32,000 nt of DNA from Acholeplasma laidlawii PG-8A (GTDB lineage Bacteria; Bacillota_I; Bacilli_A; Acholeplasmatales; Acholeplasmataceae), in assembly GCF_000018785.1 (NCBI RefSeq), contig NC_010163.1, positions 450,001-482,000 of the forward strand, written 5' to 3'. Position 1 is the first letter of the stretch. The number at the start of each line of letters is the position of its first letter. Of this stretch, positions 10,097 to 19,332 are shown piece after piece. Under the pieces are notes generated by a model. The model worked only from the letters and a program-made list of their open reading frames with translations, was not told the DNA's origin and ran no database searches. Position numbers and translations under genes: made by a program.

Positions 10097-10120
10097 ATAT
10101 TGTGCCGATAACGGCATAAT
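10097..10120. repeat. Palindromic operator-like repeat, copy 1 (ATATTGTGCCGATAACGGCATAAT)
   Basis: Exact 24-bp copy of 10152-10175; near-palindrome with core TGCCG-ATAA-CGGCA; abuts the -35 box. Confidence 0.85.
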
Positions 10121-10121
10121 G

Positions 10122-10150
10122 TTGACTTAGCGAATAAACTATGATATACT
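10122..10150 (+). promoter_or_regulatory. Strong sigma-A-type promoter for the fic gene
   Basis: TTGACT (10122-10127), 17-bp spacer, TATACT (10145-10150). Confidence 0.85.
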
Positions 10151-10151
10151 G

Positions 10152-10175
10152 ATATTGTGCCGATAACGGCATAAT
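10152..10175. repeat. Palindromic operator-like repeat, copy 2 (ATATTGTGCCGATAACGGCATAAT)
   Basis: Identical to 10097-10120, positioned immediately after the -10 box over the expected transcription start. Confidence 0.85.
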
Positions 10176-10189
10176 AGGAAGGTGAAGTA

Positions 10190-11110
10190 ATGGAATACAA
10201 AAACATATCTTATTTTGCTACTAAATGGAATATTAAAGAAAGAAGAATTAGAGTACTTTGCACAGAAGGTAGAATACATGGTGTGAAAAAAGTTGGTAAA
10301 ACTTGGTTAATCCCAGAAGATGCTCAAAAGCCTATTGATAAAAGATATCGACAAGTTAATGACTTGTTCTTTGATTCAATAGATTTTAGTATTATTGATG
10401 AAAAAAAGGATACAATTGATTCCCATCGACCATTCTCTCAAAACATGACTAGACAATTAAGAGATAAATTAATTATTGAATGGACTTATAATTCTAATGC
10501 AATTGAAGGTAATACACTTACTTTATCAGAAACAAAAGTAGTCTTAGAAAACGGCATAACAATTAAAGGAAAACCATTAAAAGATCATTTAGAGATAATT
10601 AATCATAAAGAAGCAATTGAATACATTGAAGACCTAGTCAGTAAAAACGTTAAACTTTCAGAATATGATATTAAAGCTGTTCATTATTTAATTTTGAAAG
10701 AGATTGATTCTACTAATGCTGGTAAATATAGACAAGAAAATGTGTTTATCAGTGGTGCTAAGCATGTGCCATCAGTATACTTAAATGTTCCATATGAAAT
10801 GCAGAAAATGATTGAAAAATATCAAAGTTGGAAAGATTTACACCCTGTAGTAAGGGCTTGTTACTTACATGGAGAGTTCGTAAAAATACACCCATTTATC
10901 GATGGGAATGGTAGAACAGCAAGACTTTTATTAAATTTTGAACTCATTCAAAGTGGCTATCCACCCGTCGTAATCAAAACAGAGAATAGAGCGGATTATT
11001 ATGATACACTAGATAAAGCGCATACAACAAATAATTATACAGATTTTATTAAAATTATTGTTGACTTGGTTAATGAGTCAGAGAATTTATACTTATATTT
11101 GATAGGTTAA
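10190..11110 (+). CDS. Fic-domain protein with N-terminal excisionase/MerR-like HTH domain
   Basis: Fic motif HPFIDGNGRTARLLL; N-terminal inhibitory-helix-like motif SNAIEGN; N-terminal WNIKERRIRVLCTEGRIHGVKKVGKTWLIPEDAQKP resembles a small HTH; SD AGGAAGGTG. Confidence 0.93.
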   Translation: MEYKNISYFATKWNIKERRIRVLCTEGRIHGVKKVGKTWLIPEDAQKPIDKRYRQVNDLFFDSIDFSIIDEKKDTIDSHRPFSQNMTRQLRDKLIIEWTYNSNAIEGNTLTLSETKVVLENGITIKGKPLKDHLEIINHKEAIEYIEDLVSKNVKLSEYDIKAVHYLILKEIDSTNAGKYRQENVFISGAKHVPSVYLNVPYEMQKMIEKYQSWKDLHPVVRACYLHGEFVKIHPFIDGNGRTARLLLNFELIQSGYPPVVIKTENRADYYDTLDKAHTTNNYTDFIKIIVDLVNESENLYLYLIG

Positions 11111-11129
11111 TAAGGAAGGGGGTTATACA

Positions 11130-11552
11130 ATGACTGGTGATATTTTAAAACTATTGTCAGAGTTAAATTGGAATAATAAAGAAAAACAAACTATAGCGAT
11201 TAAGGTATTATCAAGTAGGAAAGATTATAATTTTAAAATGCTAATTGCACCATTACAAAATGAATTTTATGAGAATCAAGGAATTTGGTGGAAAGATATT
11301 GCTTTAGGTTGTGCTATTGTACTAAGTAATAAGTCCGATAGTGAAATAATTAACTTATTACCCGATCTTCTAGTTTGGTTACAAGATTTGAATTGGCCGG
11401 GTGCAGTCGAAGTTTTCGAAAGGCTAAAGAAAATCCCATATTTATTAATAAAAAAATATTTGAATGATACGATTTATAAAGCACAAATAGAAAATGATGA
11501 TCAGTGGATTGAATGGTTAACCCTGCTTAATAAAAGTCTTCTGACTCTATAG
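11130..11552 (+). CDS. Small DUF5071-like (HEAT-like) protein, possible immunity or partner of the Fic protein
   Basis: 140 aa; LLPDLLVWLQDLNWPGAVEVFERLKKI is a DUF5071-like pattern. Separated by 19 nt from the fic gene with SD AAGGAAGGGGG. Confidence 0.6.
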   Translation: MTGDILKLLSELNWNNKEKQTIAIKVLSSRKDYNFKMLIAPLQNEFYENQGIWWKDIALGCAIVLSNKSDSEIINLLPDLLVWLQDLNWPGAVEVFERLKKIPYLLIKKYLNDTIYKAQIENDDQWIEWLTLLNKSLLTL

Positions 11553-11701
11553 AATGTTAATAACATCGTATTATTGAATAATTATTTATGATTTGGATGT
11601 TTATTATTTTATATTTGTCAAGTATTAACATAAAAGAATAAAATAGCATTTCGACACAAACCTTTTAAGGTTTAATCATTATAACACACCTAAAATTAGA
11701 T

Positions 11702-11730
11702 AGCCTGATAACTTAGTATCAGGCTTTTTT
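11702..11730 (+). terminator. Rho-independent terminator
   Basis: AGCCTGATA-acttag-TATCAGGCT followed by a T run. Confidence 0.9.
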
Positions 11731-11843
11731 ATCAAAACTGATACTATTTATAATTTTATTTATCATGAATACAAACTTGATATTTAACTAATATGGTCTC
11801 AATATGCTAAAATATGATGTGTGATAATTATTTGAAATAAGAA

Positions 11844-13136
11844 ATGGTGGAAGTATATTTAATAACTTCTATAGCTAAAATAATGAGATTAAAAGTAAAA
11901 ACAAATGATCTTGATTACCAAGGTCAAGGTGTAACAAGAATAGATGATAAAGTAACCTTTATAAAAGGTATGTTTGATGATGAAGTAGGCATCATAGAAA
12001 TCACAAAATCAAAAAAGAATTTCCAACAAGCAAAACTTGTAGAACTTATTCAAAAAAATAAACAACGTGTATCTGAAAACTCTTTTGACTATGCACCGTT
12101 TTTTGGTCTATCCTTAAAAGCAGAATGCCTATGGCAACAAAAGATTACTAAAGAAACGATTAAAAAAATAACCAATTTAGATGTTGAAGTAGAAGATACT
12201 ATCACAGATGGTAAGAAACTAAACTACAGAAATAAAATCACTTTACATGTGAAACATATTGGTGGTTCATTAAAGATTGGTACCTATGAAGAAAACTCTA
12301 ATTATCTTGAACCGATTGAAACACATCATCTTGCACTACCTGTCATAAATGATAAAATTACAGTTTTAAATAAATGGCTCAAAACCTTTAAATTAGAAAC
12401 GAATGATATTAAAAACTTTACCCTTAGAACAAACGGTAAAGATGTGATGCTTATCATTGGTATAAAACTTAAGTTTGAAGGTACAGAAAGCATCATAGAT
12501 GAACTTAAAAAGCACTTTGAATCCATCTACCTAAATATTGAAAAAAGAAGTTTTGAAAACCTATCAGATGAATCGATTCATGTTTATGGTCTAGAGACCT
12601 TAAAGATGACATTTAATCACTTATCATTTGAAATAGGACCTGAAAGTTTCTTCCAGGTAAATAAAGATGTAGCAATTTTAATGTATGATGAAATTAAGAA
12701 ACTTACCCAAAATCACACAGTCATTGATGCCTATGCTGGTATGGCAAGTATTGGTCAATATATTGATGCTAAAAAGGTATACGCAATTGAATCTAATCTA
12801 GATTCAATTATTCAAGCTAAGAAGATATTAAAGGTAAATCAAGTAGACCATGTAGAGTTGATTCATGGACAAGTAGAAGAAAAACTAGAAGCATACATTA
12901 AACATGCAGATGCTATAGTGTTTGATCCACCAAGAAGTGGATTAACGGAAAGTATTATTGAACTAGTAAAACTCAATCAGATTAAGACGATTGTATATGT
13001 GTCTTGTGATTTAAAATCACTAGCAAGAGATATCAATGGCTTAAAAGATTTATATGATATTAAAAAAATCATTCCAGTTAGAATGTTTCCGTCCACAATT
13101 CATATGGAAACAATTACCTTGCTTTCGTTAAAATAG
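11844..13136 (+). CDS. RumA/TrmA-family (uracil-5-)-methyltransferase with TRAM-like domain
   Basis: TRAM-like N-terminus (DYQGQGVTRIDDKVTFIKGMFDDEVG), VNKDVAILMYDEI, VIDAYAGMASIGQYI, DPPRSGL, YVSCDLKSLARD, MFPSTIHMETI. The true start may be the ATG at 11883. Confidence 0.9.
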   Translation: MVEVYLITSIAKIMRLKVKTNDLDYQGQGVTRIDDKVTFIKGMFDDEVGIIEITKSKKNFQQAKLVELIQKNKQRVSENSFDYAPFFGLSLKAECLWQQKITKETIKKITNLDVEVEDTITDGKKLNYRNKITLHVKHIGGSLKIGTYEENSNYLEPIETHHLALPVINDKITVLNKWLKTFKLETNDIKNFTLRTNGKDVMLIIGIKLKFEGTESIIDELKKHFESIYLNIEKRSFENLSDESIHVYGLETLKMTFNHLSFEIGPESFFQVNKDVAILMYDEIKKLTQNHTVIDAYAGMASIGQYIDAKKVYAIESNLDSIIQAKKILKVNQVDHVELIHGQVEEKLEAYIKHADAIVFDPPRSGLTESIIELVKLNQIKTIVYVSCDLKSLARDINGLKDLYDIKKIIPVRMFPSTIHMETITLLSLK

Positions 13137-13328
13137 CACTTATTGGACATCTATCACTTATCTGAAAATAGCATAAAAACATCAAACTTTTAATTTAGAA
13201 GGTTGGTGTTCTTTATTTTAGTACCACTAATATTATCTATTATACAAATAGTAAACTTCTGATTATTAATAATAATAAAGTATAATAAAAGGAAGGGATG
13301 TTAAGACGATAAATTAGGGGGATTCAAC

Positions 13329-14069
13329 ATGGTTTGGCTATCTAAACGTAGTAAAGATAATTTTTATGACACTTTAAAAATACTAAAAAACGAAAAAACA
13401 ATGCATTTTGTATATGCAGAACTTAGAAAATATATTGAAAATACTTTTGGTATTACAGTATTCAACATAACTATAGATAAGTTTGGCTTTTTTGATAGAC
13501 CAAAAAAGAACTCATTTTTTTATCAAAAGAAATATCTATTAGCCATTCATGTTTCATCTTACAGTGAGCGTGAAATGATGCAGAATAAAGTAAGTGTGGA
13601 ACTTGCTAATTTTCCAACTGCTTATAAAATGGTAAATGACAAAATTAAGCAAGATTTAATAATGGATAAACTCATCGAACTAACTAAACTAAAGAACTTT
13701 AAAACTAAAATTAATAAAACTAATACTTATGTAGATTACCGTTTTGGTTTTACTACAGACTATGCTGAAATACTACTTGATAAAATAGAAAAAGGTATTA
13801 CAAAAGAGATACTCAATGAATTTAAGGAAAAGGCTCATATTTGGCGTATCGAGAAAATGTTTTCAACTGTTACTATATTCTATTTTACAGAATTAGATAA
13901 AATAGAAAATGAAAAAAATGGCATTACACATATTATAAGAGATAGGTATTTATCTAGAATTAAAGAAATTGATAGTATCAATCTTTTTAAAGAAGAATAT
14001 ATTGTTTTTGATACCAAAGAAAATGTAGATAAAAATTACGGGGGTAATTTATTCTACTATTTCCGTTAG
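13329..14069 (+). CDS. Hypothetical protein, 246 aa, no recognised family
   Basis: Long ORF with an AGGGG-type SD; no familiar motifs. Confidence 0.6.
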   Translation: MVWLSKRSKDNFYDTLKILKNEKTMHFVYAELRKYIENTFGITVFNITIDKFGFFDRPKKNSFFYQKKYLLAIHVSSYSEREMMQNKVSVELANFPTAYKMVNDKIKQDLIMDKLIELTKLKNFKTKINKTNTYVDYRFGFTTDYAEILLDKIEKGITKEILNEFKEKAHIWRIEKMFSTVTIFYFTELDKIENEKNGITHIIRDRYLSRIKEIDSINLFKEEYIVFDTKENVDKNYGGNLFYYFR

Positions 14070-14248
14070 TTTTTAGTCTTCTTATTTAGTCAGATCTAAA
14101 GTAGTAAAGTGTTGGTCGTTAAATGCATAACCATTTATGCTTTCAGATTCATAAATAAAATATAAATAAGATAAGTAACTTTTAGTATTAAAGTTTAAAA
14201 ACATCAGTAAATACTAATTGGTGTAATGTATATAAAGTAGGTATTCTA

Positions 14249-14662
14249 ATGAAAAAGAAAATTATAGTGAATCCAGCGATTTATCCGGTTTTTATTATTG
14301 CCATAGTAGGCACGATAATACTCATTCAGAGATTGATAACAACTGAAACTTATATAAACACAGCTCAAGAAGTAGCAACTTATATATATATGCTAGCAAT
14401 GGTTTTTTCTGTATTTTATTTAGGTAGATATATTATTAAACCTGTCCCATTGAGCTATGACAACAATGAAATAGTCATTAAAATGTATTTTAGAAACGAT
14501 GTTCGACTTAGCTATAAAGAGATTGTAAAAGCTGAGTACTACAATCGATATATGAGATTAATTATTCATACGAAACATAAAAAATATAAATTTACATTTG
14601 TAATAAAAACTAGTGAATTGAAAGAAATACTAAAGAAAAAAGTGAAAGATTCTGATTTTTAG
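14249..14662 (+). CDS. Small membrane protein, two TM helices then a PH-like domain
   Basis: Two hydrophobic segments followed by LSYDNNEIVIKMYFRNDVRLSYKEIVKAEYY. Confidence 0.5.
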   Translation: MKKKIIVNPAIYPVFIIAIVGTIILIQRLITTETYINTAQEVATYIYMLAMVFSVFYLGRYIIKPVPLSYDNNEIVIKMYFRNDVRLSYKEIVKAEYYNRYMRLIIHTKHKKYKFTFVIKTSELKEILKKKVKDSDF

Positions 14663-14876
14663 TTTTCACTTTAAAGTATCAATAATTATGTGGATTGTCT
14701 AGACAATTAAACCGATGATATATATTTTAGAAGATCTTTCGCAATTTCATCAGTTAAAAGTTGATAAATATTAATCTATTAATTACTGTAACTAATCTTG
14801 AAAATTTTCTGAAAAAAAATACTTTTATTTTATGAAAATGAGCGTATAATATTCATTTGGAAAGAGACGGTAAATC

Positions 14877-16468
14877 ATGATGAAAGAAAAAACATCACTC
14901 AACCATATGTTGGTTATCGTATTATTATATTCAGGAATTACAGGTATTATTACAGGTTTATTTTTATACTTATTTCGCTACTTAAGTAGTTTATTATTAG
15001 AACTTACCTATTCGATATACTTATCAGTTCAGTCAAATCTATGGTATTTACCATTTTTTGAATAGGTTTAGTTGTTCTTGCTTATTTAGTGTCTCTACTT
15101 ATTAAATGGGAACCTCATGCAGGTGGTGGAGCGATTTCAAGAGCGGCAGGGTTTGTTCGCGGAATTCTTTTATTTAATTGGTTAAAAACATTGATTTCAA
15201 CATTCATTTCAGCTCAGTTAGTATTCTTTGCTGGATTACCATTTGGTATTGAAGGTCCTTCTGTAATCATGGGAACGGCAATTTCAGGTGGCGTAGATGA
15301 TCTTGGAAAAGCACATCCAGCACATAGAAAATATTTACTTACTGCTGGTGCATCAGCTGGATTTTCAATCGCTACAGGCTCGATTTTTGCAGGAACGATA
15401 TTTACATTAGAAGAGATGCATAAGAAGTTCTCCTTTATGCTTTTATCTGTTGCTATGAGTGGAGCTGTTTTTGCATCTGTAACTATGAGAATACTCGATT
15501 ATGTATTCGGTAACCATACTGCATTTTTCTCACTGACAAATGAATTTAAAAATATACCATTTGAATTTATTTGGTTAGCACCTTTATTGGGCATTGGAGC
15601 AGGTTTATTAGCTGCAGGGTTTAATTTCCTAATTGACTTTTTTGGGAATATGAGTGCTTATAAATTCAAAAAAGTTCCACTTTTTGTGAAATTAACAATA
15701 AATTTCTTGCTTGTAGGTTTTGTTGGTTTATTTGTTATTGAAACCATTGGAAATGGCCATCATAGTATTATAGAACCGTTATTTGATAGACAGTTTAGTT
15801 TTGGTATGATTGTATTACTCATCGTTTTAAAAATTATTACAATTGTTGTATCATCAAGTGGTACAACAGGTGGGTTATTTATTCCTGTATTAGTGATTGG
15901 AGCTTTATATGCAGGTATATTTAATGAAGTGTCTATTTTAATTGGATTAAATAGTGAATATACAGCTGCAATTGTTTTAATTGGCATGAGTGTATTTTTT
16001 AGTACCTCCATGCAAGCACCTATTACAACCATAGCATTTATTATTGAAGCATCCCTTCATCCAGAAACAATCATATTTATGATGGTTGCTATTTTAGCAG
16101 GTATATTAATTGCAGAATTATTACATATGAAACCTTTAAATGAAATTGCTTTAAAAAGATTTATGAAGATTCAAGATCAAAATAGAGTCTGGAATTTATA
16201 CAATGCTAAAGCAACCATTCAAGAAAATGCGTTTGTTATAGGGAAAACAGTAAGAGATATATTATGGCCAGCAAATACCCTCATTAAAGAGTTGATCCAA
16301 GAAAATCAACAAAATGCTACCAATATTGCTGTACATGGTGGAGACCGTGTATTAACATATAGAGATCAAATTCTATTTCAAATTCAATCATTTGATATTG
16401 AAAGAACATTAAAAGAATTACAGGATTTAATCGGTATTCAAGAAGTAGAAATAGAATTGATTAGATAA
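14877..16468 (+). pseudogene. ClC-family chloride/proton transporter with a C-terminal TrkA-C-like domain, split into two frames
   Basis: ORF 14877-15065 (SD GGAAAGAGACGG) ends at TAG and the frame containing 15089-16468 continues the fold: GIEGPSV, GKAHPAHRKYLLTAGASAGFSIATGSIFAGTIFTLEE, GTTGGLFIPVLVIGALYAG. The join is near TTTTTTGAATAG at 15054-15065. Confidence 0.8.
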
Positions 16469-16582
16469 GTTGTGAAATACTAGTAAGTTGATACATATAT
16501 TCTAACAATAAGTAAAAATACATTATTATCTCCATTATATAGAGTCATTCACGTTTTCGGAGATAAGGTATATTGAAAAAAG

Positions 16583-16604
16583 GACCTATAATAGACCTAT
16601 AATA
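16583..16604 (+). repeat. Tandem 11-bp direct repeat GACCTATAATA x2 carrying two TATAAT hexamers
   Basis: 16583-16593 and 16594-16604 are identical and lie upstream of the XRE regulator gene. Confidence 0.75.
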
Positions 16605-16620
16605 AATGTGGAGGTAACAT

Positions 16621-17430
16621 ATGGAACAGTTAAAAACAATCATTTTGGAAAGAAGAAAAACATTAAGACTTACTCAAAAAGAGTTAGCCCAAAAACTTAA
16701 TGTATCAGACAAGGTGATAAGTAAATGGGAAACAGGCAGTAGTCTACCCGATATTACACTTATCAATCCACTCGCAGAACTACTAGGGATTACGGTATCA
16801 GAACTCTTAAGTGCTAAAGAATTGTCTAAACCTGTCTTAAATGAAGAGGTAAACCTTAAAATCATTACTAAATTTAAAGTGTTATACTTTATAGCTTTAG
16901 GTTTATTTATAGTATCTTTACTAATTTTCCCATTTGGAAATTATTTAGTGACCAAGAATGAAGAGGCAATTGGTATGATACTTATTGTCATATCTATCAT
17001 ATTTTTAATCAGTAGCATCATCACGTATTTAGTAAATAACGTATGGTTTAGAGGACTTTATACGAAGTACTTTTATAGAAAACCTTATGATTTAGTCTTC
17101 TATAAATATAACTTAGTAGTGATAGATATAGTAAGTATTACTTTATATGCACTAACACTTATGGTAAATCATTTAGCTTTTTTATTAATTATTGCAATCA
17201 TAATCAGTACAATCATTTTCTTGGGAAAACATAAATTGGCTAAATCTACAATGTATATTTTTAAAAATAGAAATCAGTTATTGTTTATAATAGCATTATA
17301 TTTAATAAGTTTACTGATATTTATTATTTCATATCTTTATGGTAAGTCATGGATGACAATCTTTTTTACAATACCTTTATATATATCTATCACAAGTTAT
17401 AAGTTTTATCGACTAGACTACTCAAATTAA
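16621..17430 (+). CDS. XRE/Cro-CI family regulator with C-terminal multi-pass membrane domain
   Basis: RRKTLRLTQKELAQKLNVSDKVISKWETGSSLPDITLINPLAELLGITVSELL followed by several hydrophobic segments. Confidence 0.85.
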   Translation: MEQLKTIILERRKTLRLTQKELAQKLNVSDKVISKWETGSSLPDITLINPLAELLGITVSELLSAKELSKPVLNEEVNLKIITKFKVLYFIALGLFIVSLLIFPFGNYLVTKNEEAIGMILIVISIIFLISSIITYLVNNVWFRGLYTKYFYRKPYDLVFYKYNLVVIDIVSITLYALTLMVNHLAFLLIIAIIISTIIFLGKHKLAKSTMYIFKNRNQLLFIIALYLISLLIFIISYLYGKSWMTIFFTIPLYISITSYKFYRLDYSN

Positions 17431-17442
17431 TACATATGAAAT

Positions 17443-17478
17443 GGCTTGATAATCATAATTTGATGTCAAGCCTTTTTT
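17443..17478 (+). terminator. Rho-independent terminator
   Basis: GGCTTGA ... TCAAGCC followed by a T run. Confidence 0.75.
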
Positions 17479-17566
17479 ACCTTAAATAAGTATAATTAAG
17501 AAAACGTCTATTGTATCAATTATTTGCTATAATGATGTAAAGCATATAAAACAAAAATGGGGATAG

Positions 17567-18061
17567 ATGAACATGGATTTTAATCATATCACTATAGAAT
17601 ATATTAGCGATATAAATTCTGAACAACTTCAAAATATAGAAAGATCAGATGTGAGTGAATCTTTTGTAGATTCCTTAGATTCTATTAATGCATATACGAA
17701 TTATGGACTTGAGCATCATTTAAAAGGACATACATATTTAATAAAATATCAAAATGTACTTGCTGGTGTATTACTCATAGGAGAAGGGATTAGTTGGGAA
17801 ACAGATCCTCTAGAACTCAAAGACGTGCCCTTTTACAGATTGATGGATTTTATAATTATTCAAAAATATAGAAATGTTGGATTGGGTTCTTTTGTGATTG
17901 AAAAAGTTATTTCTAATATGTATGAAGAATTTGGTGTAAGACCAATTGTCTTAGGAGTACATAAAGATAACATTGGAGCTGAAAAATTCTACTACAAGCA
18001 CGGGTTTGTTAAAACAAACTATATGGACGACGATGATTATTACTTTATTCGCTGGACTTAG
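17567..18061 (+). CDS. GNAT-family acetyltransferase
   Basis: FRYLMDFIIIQ-like region with IIQKYRNVGLGSFVIEKVI...LGVHKDNIGAEKFYYKHGFVKTNY. Confidence 0.85.
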   Translation: MNMDFNHITIEYISDINSEQLQNIERSDVSESFVDSLDSINAYTNYGLEHHLKGHTYLIKYQNVLAGVLLIGEGISWETDPLELKDVPFYRLMDFIIIQKYRNVGLGSFVIEKVISNMYEEFGVRPIVLGVHKDNIGAEKFYYKHGFVKTNYMDDDDYYFIRWT

Positions 18062-18192
18062 TCATAAAAAGGAAAAAAAATATAAAAACATATATCATCA
18101 AGTAAGTCAAATGTTTACAGTAATTAACGATAATGTGAAATTTATTAATTTATAGTGTATAATAAAACGAATCATTTTTTGGGAGAGAAAGC

Positions 18193-19269
18193 ATGTTCAT
18201 TAAATCTATGATTAAGGGTCTATTTTTTAATATGAACCCTTTATTTGAACGTAATAAGCATGACATTATACGTTACAATAAACAACTAATACCTATCGCA
18301 TTTATTTTTTCATTGGTTACTATTTTAATCCCAATGTTTTTTTCACTATTTAGACCATCCATGCTAGAAACCTTACCGGCTTATCTAGTTATATTTAGTG
18401 TTTTTATACTTTTACTTATCCTATTTAACTTTAAACCATTTCATGAAAAACCTTTAGTGTTTGCTTATACATTTGGTATTGTTTTCTTTATATTTGTAGT
18501 ATACCTAAGTATAGATAGATTTCAATCTAGACCAGCTGGTACTGCACTCATATTCTTTGTTGTTGCACCTATAATATTTGTAGATAAACCATATAAGATA
18601 AACATCTATTTAGTGTTAATGTTTATTATTCATACGATATTATCTTTTCAATATAAGACGTTTGATATAGCCTCAGTTGATTTATTAAACACATTTATCA
18701 GTCTTGTAGCTGGCATGTTATTTGGTAGAATCTTCTTAGTCACTAGATTGAAAAATTTTGATATACACAGAGCACTTTTAATAGAAAGAGAAACAGACTT
18801 TTTAACAGGTCTACCAAACCGCCGATCACTATTTGAATATGCTCAAAAAGATACATTTAAGGCATATAATTATATGGGTCTTATGATGTTTGATATAGAC
18901 CGTTTTAAAAAGTATAACGATAACTATGGTCACTTAAATGGCGATCAAGTACTTACAGAATTTGCACGACTATTAGAAGTGTTTTCTAAAACATACCCAG
19001 TAAAATTTTACCGATATGGTGGTGAGGAGTTTATTGGAATCACGTACAACCTAGATAAATTAGAAATCATCAACCTAGCAAATCATATTAAAATGGATAC
19101 CTTTAAATTGAAAGTACCGTTTGAACAAATCACTACAAGTATTGGTGTTACTGTTACAGATAAAACTGATAATATAGATATAAATGATTTGATAGAACAA
19201 GCAGATAAAGCATTATACTCTGGTAAAAACAGTGGTAGAAATAAAGTGATTTTTTACGAGAAAAAATAA
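18193..19269 (+). CDS. Membrane-anchored diguanylate cyclase (GGDEF domain, GGEEF)
   Basis: Multi-TM N-terminus, DFLTGLPNRRSLFEY, MMFDIDRFKKYNDNYGHLNGDQVL, YRYGGEEF, ADKALYSGKNSGRN. Confidence 0.93.
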   Translation: MFIKSMIKGLFFNMNPLFERNKHDIIRYNKQLIPIAFIFSLVTILIPMFFSLFRPSMLETLPAYLVIFSVFILLLILFNFKPFHEKPLVFAYTFGIVFFIFVVYLSIDRFQSRPAGTALIFFVVAPIIFVDKPYKINIYLVLMFIIHTILSFQYKTFDIASVDLLNTFISLVAGMLFGRIFLVTRLKNFDIHRALLIERETDFLTGLPNRRSLFEYAQKDTFKAYNYMGLMMFDIDRFKKYNDNYGHLNGDQVLTEFARLLEVFSKTYPVKFYRYGGEEFIGITYNLDKLEIINLANHIKMDTFKLKVPFEQITTSIGVTVTDKTDNIDINDLIEQADKALYSGKNSGRNKVIFYEKK

Positions 19270-19284
19270 ATAAAAGTATAAGAA

Positions 19285-19324
19285 AAGGGCAGTTGTTTTT
19301 AGTGTGAACAGCTGCCCTTATTAT
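19285..19324. terminator. Bidirectional terminator between the convergent GGDEF and amylase genes
   Basis: AAGGGCAG ... CTGCCCTT stem with flanking A/T-rich tracts. Confidence 0.7.
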
Positions 19325-19332
19325 TTAACTAT

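Noticed and set aside
10097-10175. The two 24-bp repeats considered as a mini CRISPR array
   Set aside because: Only two copies flanking a clear promoter, strongly palindromic, with no cas genes; operator function fits better.
15051-15065. Programmed -1 frameshift in the ClC gene at the T6 run
   Set aside because: A -1 shift on TTTTTT leads directly into TGA at 15059-15061, so slippage cannot produce the full protein; mutation or sequencing error is more likely.
17973-18155. 60-aa plus-strand ORF at the end of the acetyltransferase
   Set aside because: Out-of-frame overlap with the GNAT gene, low-complexity lysine-rich tail, no SD.
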